Assembly: GCA_048882505.1 (NCBI GenBank)
Contig: JBHLRO010000017.1
Span: 1 to 32,000 of the forward strand
DNA: 32,000 nt
Source: Candidatus Thorarchaeota archaeon
GTDB lineage: Archaea; Asgardarchaeota; Heimdallarchaeia; Hodarchaeales; Hodarchaeaceae
Direction: 5' to 3'
Program-made: the position numbers and the translations under genes
Shown: positions 27,267 through 32,000 of the stretch, in pieces
Layout of the letters: every line of letters starts with the position of its first letter
Numbering within the stretch: position 1 is the first letter of the stretch
The notes under the pieces: generated by a model
What the model was told of the DNA's origin: nothing
What the model saw: the letters and a program-made list of their open reading frames with translations, nothing else
The model's database searches: none

Positions 27267-27459
27267 TTATACTGCCTTCTATGTCGGTATATTTGAAATT
27301 GAAACCTTGTCTTTTTAAAAACAACCCGCCCCCTGAAACATGAATATGAAAAAATGACAGATGACTATTCTAACTAGTAATGAAATTTGTGGGTACTTAG
27401 AAAGATAATCTTCAAATATCGCTTTTCTAGCATTATGCAACGGATCCAGAGGTGAAGGT

Positions 27460-28206
27460 TTGAAAAATACTAAAATAATAATCAAAGATGATCAAGGAAA
27501 CACAATAAAGAGAGATGAGTTGCTTAATACCACAGGAAGAGTAGATTATGAAATCATTGGAGTAGAAAATGTTTCTCAAAGAGTAAAAGGGTTACACCAA
27601 CAGGCTAGGGTGTATGGTCAATCTGGAAACTATAATAAGGCAATAGAATTACTGGAAGAAGCACATCGTGGGGCTCCCAAATGGCCCTATCCATTATATG
27701 ACCTAGCGTTTACTCACCTGTTAAAGAAAGATTTTGGTAAAGCATTATTGAACTATGAAAAGGTTGACGTTCTAGCTCCAAAAGGATTCTATACTTCCAA
27801 GGTTGCTTTATTTACTCTGAAAAAAGAAAATAAAGGAGAATTACCTAAAGGTACCTATCTAGCTTATTTACAGCTCGAATGGATCCAGGACCCAAAAGAA
27901 AAAAGGGAAAAGGTTAACACTCTATTAGAATATTTACCAAATTATCCACCAGCTTGGAAAGAATTATCATCTCTACTTAAGGATGCGTCGGAACGGAAAA
28001 AAGCAATAGAAAACGGTTTGAAGTATAATCCAGATTCTGAAACAAAAGGAATTCTTCTAATTAACAAAGCTCTTATATTGAATATGGAAAATAGAAATCA
28101 AGAAGCTGTTAGAATATTGGGTAAGTTAATACTTAACCCTAATTCCACTTTAGCGACAGTTGAACTGGCAAAATTTGCGTTACGTTCTATAACTAAAGAA
28201 GGATAG
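27460..28206 (+). CDS. TPR-containing protein
   Basis: GNYNKAIELLEEAHRGAPKWPYPLYDLAFTHLLKKDFGKALLNYEKVDVLAP and further TPR-like helices. Confidence 0.75.
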   Translation: MKNTKIIIKDDQGNTIKRDELLNTTGRVDYEIIGVENVSQRVKGLHQQARVYGQSGNYNKAIELLEEAHRGAPKWPYPLYDLAFTHLLKKDFGKALLNYEKVDVLAPKGFYTSKVALFTLKKENKGELPKGTYLAYLQLEWIQDPKEKREKVNTLLEYLPNYPPAWKELSSLLKDASERKKAIENGLKYNPDSETKGILLINKALILNMENRNQEAVRILGKLILNPNSTLATVELAKFALRSITKEG

Positions 28207-28270
28207 GTAGGAATTCCTAGATCAAATACCTGGATTTCTCGCCAATTCTACCGCTTAATGAACGACTGGT

Positions 28271-28909
28271 TCATTGCAACACAAAGTCATAAAGTTCAAA
28301 CTTGTATTCGTTGATAAATTGGGATACGTGGTTAATTTCCGCAATACTCTCGCCAGTATGAGAATCTGTTCCAATAACTACTTTCACCCTATGAGCAAGT
28401 AACTCCTGGATCAATTTTTGTGAGAAATGTAGGTAATAGTCTAGTCCGTCTCTTGTATTTCGACCTACTCCTCTTCGTGGATGCCATTCCGATTGATTTA
28501 ACTCGAGAAAAATGTCGTAATCTGATAGAATTTCTGCAATACTCGATTCTTGGCCTTGAAAATTGTTTTGGAGATCATTATGAGTTAATTCTATGGGAAC
28601 CTTCAATTCTGTCCTAACATCTAGCAGTTCTTGAATATCTCGACTCCCGATTGTTCCCCAATATTCAGTTTCGGTATTCACATATTCGAAAAGGATATAA
28701 TCAAAGTCATTTAAGACAGAAAAAGGTAATTCTTTGGGATTACTCCCGTAGCGTTTGGATACATCAATTTCTATCCCAATTTTCAGTTGGAATCCTGAAC
28801 CATCCAATAATGATCCTTGAATTTCGCCTAGATTCCTGAGATACTGATTCAATGAAGATGTAATTTGGTGGGTTGGTGGCAAAAATATCTGGATTATCGA
28901 TTTGTCCAA
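28271..28909 (-). pseudogene. PHP-family phosphoesterase lacking its N-terminal metal-binding motifs
   Basis: KIGIEID, FDYILFEY, THND, FLELN and IGTDSH are present. No HxH...SDG or TDH motif is found in frame; an in-frame TGA lies shortly upstream. Confidence 0.5.
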
Positions 28910-29119
28910 AAATTTCTGATTTAAGCTCTTGAAGATCCTTATTCTTCATAAAGACGTTTTTTAATTTGGTTTCGCCACTTTTCGGGTAATCTGTGCATAT
29001 TCCGATTATCACATTAAAAGGAGTTTAACTCAATCTAAAAAATCATAGTTTCACATTATTTGATAGTTTGTGAACAGGTTTTCACTGTGAGGTTAAATTT
29101 TTAGAGGGGTATCTGATTT

Positions 29120-30364
29120 ATGAAGGTTAAAAATACATCTAATACCGTTAAACACAATTTCTCTCTACCTGAATTAATATTGTTATTACTGAGCACATTA
29201 ACAGTTATGGCTGGAGCTACAATAGCTCCTGTTCTTCCTACATTAAGAGAAAGTTTTATCAATAATTTAAATGTGGATTTATTGGTAAGAATAACTCTCA
29301 CAATTACTCCACTTTTCATTGCCCTTGGTTCACCTGTGATGGGTATCATTGTTGATAAATGGGGTCGAAAAAATTTAGTTCTTATTAATACGATCCTCTA
29401 TGGTATTGCAGGAAGCTCGGGTTTCTTTCTAGATTCCTTAGAAGCCATTATAATTAGTCGTGCAATACTAGGTGTGACTGTTGCAGGAATCATGACAACT
29501 ACAACCACTTTAATTGCGGATTATTATCAAGGAGAACAAAGAAATAAAATTATGGGGTATCAAGGAAGTTTTTTAGCCTACGGTGGAATAGTTTTCTTGA
29601 TTATTGGGGGAATGTTGGGCGGTATCGGATGGCAATTTCCATTTCTGATCTATCTTTTAGCATTCCCTTTGGTACCAGGAATATGGATTTATCTATACGA
29701 ACCTGATCGGGATATTCTTCGCTCAACACATGCAAAAAAACAGTCCCTTTCTGACTCCAATAGAAATTTTCCCTATTCTTCTATTGGGATCGTTTACCTT
29801 TTAACTCTCGTTTTTCAAATATTCTTCTATATCACTCTCACCGAATTACCATTTTTTCTAACAAATAATTTACTTCTAAAGCCAGAATCGATAGGAATTG
29901 TACTTGCCACAGCAACATTTTCTGCAGGAACTTTTTCACTCCTATATAAACGAATTAAACGACATTTTGGCTTTGTATCTATTTTTATTGCCTCTTTTCT
30001 GTTCAGTGGAGTTGGCCTATTCATAATATTTCTTTCAAATGATGTTCTTAGAGCAGTTTTAGGCCTATTGATTGCAGGTATCGGTTTGGGACTATTTATT
30101 CCCAACAGTACCGTTTGGATAACGTTAATAACTCCGGGATCCAGTAGAGGACTTGTTTTGAGTGGATTCATGTCTTCTCTCTTTCTTGGACAATTCCTTT
30201 CTCCTTTTATCAGTCAATTCTTGCTTAACTATTTCTTAGCTGCTGAAATGTTTGCTCTTAGTGGTCTAATTCTTGTCTCGATTGGAGTTATCTATTTGAT
30301 TGCAACTTTATCTTTTAATTCTAAGGGACCTGCGAACCCTTCCCCCGACAGAGATCTTGGTTGA
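29120..30364 (+). CDS. Major facilitator superfamily transporter (DHA-like)
   Basis: About 12 TM segments; GIIVDKWGRK (motif A), ISRAILGVTVAG, TTLIADYYQGEQRNKIMG and GWQFPFLIY. Confidence 0.9.
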   Translation: MKVKNTSNTVKHNFSLPELILLLLSTLTVMAGATIAPVLPTLRESFINNLNVDLLVRITLTITPLFIALGSPVMGIIVDKWGRKNLVLINTILYGIAGSSGFFLDSLEAIIISRAILGVTVAGIMTTTTTLIADYYQGEQRNKIMGYQGSFLAYGGIVFLIIGGMLGGIGWQFPFLIYLLAFPLVPGIWIYLYEPDRDILRSTHAKKQSLSDSNRNFPYSSIGIVYLLTLVFQIFFYITLTELPFFLTNNLLLKPESIGIVLATATFSAGTFSLLYKRIKRHFGFVSIFIASFLFSGVGLFIIFLSNDVLRAVLGLLIAGIGLGLFIPNSTVWITLITPGSSRGLVLSGFMSSLFLGQFLSPFISQFLLNYFLAAEMFALSGLILVSIGVIYLIATLSFNSKGPANPSPDRDLG

Positions 30365-30840
30365 ATTTTTATGGAACCTCGATGAAGAAGGTTTGCTTGA
30401 CAACATCAAATTGAAAAACCCAAAAAGGCATTATTCAAAACTAGCATATACTTTTGTGATCTAAACCAGCCCAGGACGGAGTTCAAAAAAAAAGAGACAT
30501 TAAAGCGTTTTTGAATAAAATACAAGTTTTACGACTACATATATATGGAATCATATAGGAATATACATTTATCCAGCATTGGACGACGAAAAGCGTATGC
30601 TTTCATCAATTCATCTTTGAGGATCCGGTCATCAGGACTCTGAAGATTAAGTTCAAGAGATATATGGAAAAAATCGGTAGGAATTTCATAAAAAAGACTG
30701 AACAGTCGATCCCGAACTTCAGAGCCTATAGTCACGAATTATAAACCTAATTTTCTAGTTTATTCAATAGACACTTAAGAATTGGATGCTTCCCTGCGGC
30801 TGAAGCCAGAAGGCCGTTAGAACAGGTAAGAACAGAAACT

Positions 30841-31701
30841 TCACTGGAACTGCTCTAGAATGGACGGTTTTGACGGCCGATCAACTGACATTTCAGAGGG
30901 GGAAACTTTGGATTTTCTAATTAGAGAGGTAATTCTGAGACTTGTCGAGATCACAAGAAACGGAATAATAAAAACTTTCAACGTTAAACCTAGCACCAAT
31001 AAAAGACCGTTAGGTCGAATACCTGTGTAATCTATAACTTCAGGATTAGCTAAAGGAATATTACTCCCCAATAAGAATAATAATACGCCAACCAGATTCA
31101 AGACCCCTGCAATGGTAGCACGCCCGATAGGAATTTGGTCGAGGTCCCTTGCAAACTTACGATCACTAATTGGGTCAAAAAGCCTATCTTGGTAGAATAG
31201 AAACGCAAATAGCCCAAGAGCAGCGGCAACTTGGAATACCAGCATGATAGGATTATTGATTATATTGTAATAAAACTGATTATCCTCCAATTCCCACCTG
31301 CGGGGTTGTGTAAAGCCAAGGTCAAACCCTCCTTGAAGATAGAAGGGTAATCTCCATAGGAAGCTTAACGCTATCCAGGTAAATCCAGATATTGCGATAT
31401 AAAGTTCCTTGCTCCTTAATCCCGTCTCTTTTTTCGTTGTTAGGAACTGGCCAAGTGCACTGCCACTGATAATTAAGATAGCGAAAAGGTCGACTAGAAG
31501 AGCAAAGGTAAAAATGTAATTGAGGGCTTTATTAACGAGGTTTAGTTGCTCACTGGACGTTATAATTCCAAAAGTACTAGATGAGAAGACAGGAAAGATC
31601 ATAATAAATGGAATTAGTAATATCAAGTTCTGGAAAAACCAGATTCTCCAGCCAATTCGGTATGATTTACTCTTATGCAGGTCAGTCAAAAGGGTCGACA
31701 C
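30841..31701 (-). CDS. Uncharacterised multi-pass membrane protein
   Basis: 286-aa ORF with about 6 hydrophobic segments; no family motif recognised. Confidence 0.65.
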   Translation of the reverse strand: MSTLLTDLHKSKSYRIGWRIWFFQNLILLIPFIMIFPVFSSSTFGIITSSEQLNLVNKALNYIFTFALLVDLFAILIISGSALGQFLTTKKETGLRSKELYIAISGFTWIALSFLWRLPFYLQGGFDLGFTQPRRWELEDNQFYYNIINNPIMLVFQVAAALGLFAFLFYQDRLFDPISDRKFARDLDQIPIGRATIAGVLNLVGVLLFLLGSNIPLANPEVIDYTGIRPNGLLLVLGLTLKVFIIPFLVISTSLRITSLIRKSKVSPSEMSVDRPSKPSILEQFQ

Positions 31702-32000
31702 CTTAACGAAGTACCATCAAACGGGGAAACTACGATAACTACATACAAAACTGTGTGTAGAATGAGCTTCTTGTAATGCTTCCTCTCGAAATTTAAAAGC
31801 ATTGATTTAGCGGCAAAATAATTGTGATGAAACTTAGAAGATCAGAGGATTTCAGGGAACTAAATGTAATCGCTGAACACACAGCAATCCTGGTAGACAG
31901 CTTTGAATTTCGAGCTTCTAATTCGAAACATCATATCGATCATAGGGAATCTGGTCACAAGGTTTTGAAGTGCAAGGTAAAGATAGGGAAGATATCGGAG

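Noticed and set aside
30535-30735. 66-aa minus-strand ORF
   Set aside because: No recognisable motif; cannot be distinguished from a chance ORF.
31827-32000. Plus-strand frame open from ATG 31827 to the window end (MKLRRSEDFRELNV...)
   Set aside because: Only 58 codons are visible with no motif; it needs the next window.
1-32000. rRNA, tRNA, CRISPR arrays, IS elements or integrases
   Set aside because: I saw no regularly spaced repeats, cloverleaf motifs, or transposase or recombinase motifs by eye; a covariance-model search was not possible.

Overview
Most likely an Asgard archaeal chromosome segment. This is inferred from BRE/TATA-type promoters, a DENN-like protein, 23-aa LRR and long TPR proteins, and a single-OB SSB. 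It holds about 30 CDSs. I found no rRNA, tRNA, CRISPR array or transposase. Highlights: (1) an overlapping gene run DAK2/FakA-like kinase, DegV/FakB, PlsY, plus an adjacent AHSxG lipase (12087-15521). This is the logic of a bacterial fatty-acid salvage route to acyl-glycerophosphate, placed behind an archaeal-type promoter, with deviant ligand motifs. (2) Two tandem ~890-aa TPR-nitrilase fusions with intact Glu-Lys-Cys triads, divergent TPR arrays and near-identical catalytic C-termini. (3) A DENN-like protein followed by two paralogous 3-TM proteins. (4) A MerB-like protein with a duplicated winged-helix N-terminus, behind a ribbon-helix-helix regulator that has a direct-repeat operator candidate. 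(5) A small helical protein with six repeats at an exact 19-aa period. All assignments come from motif reading by eye; no database searches were run.
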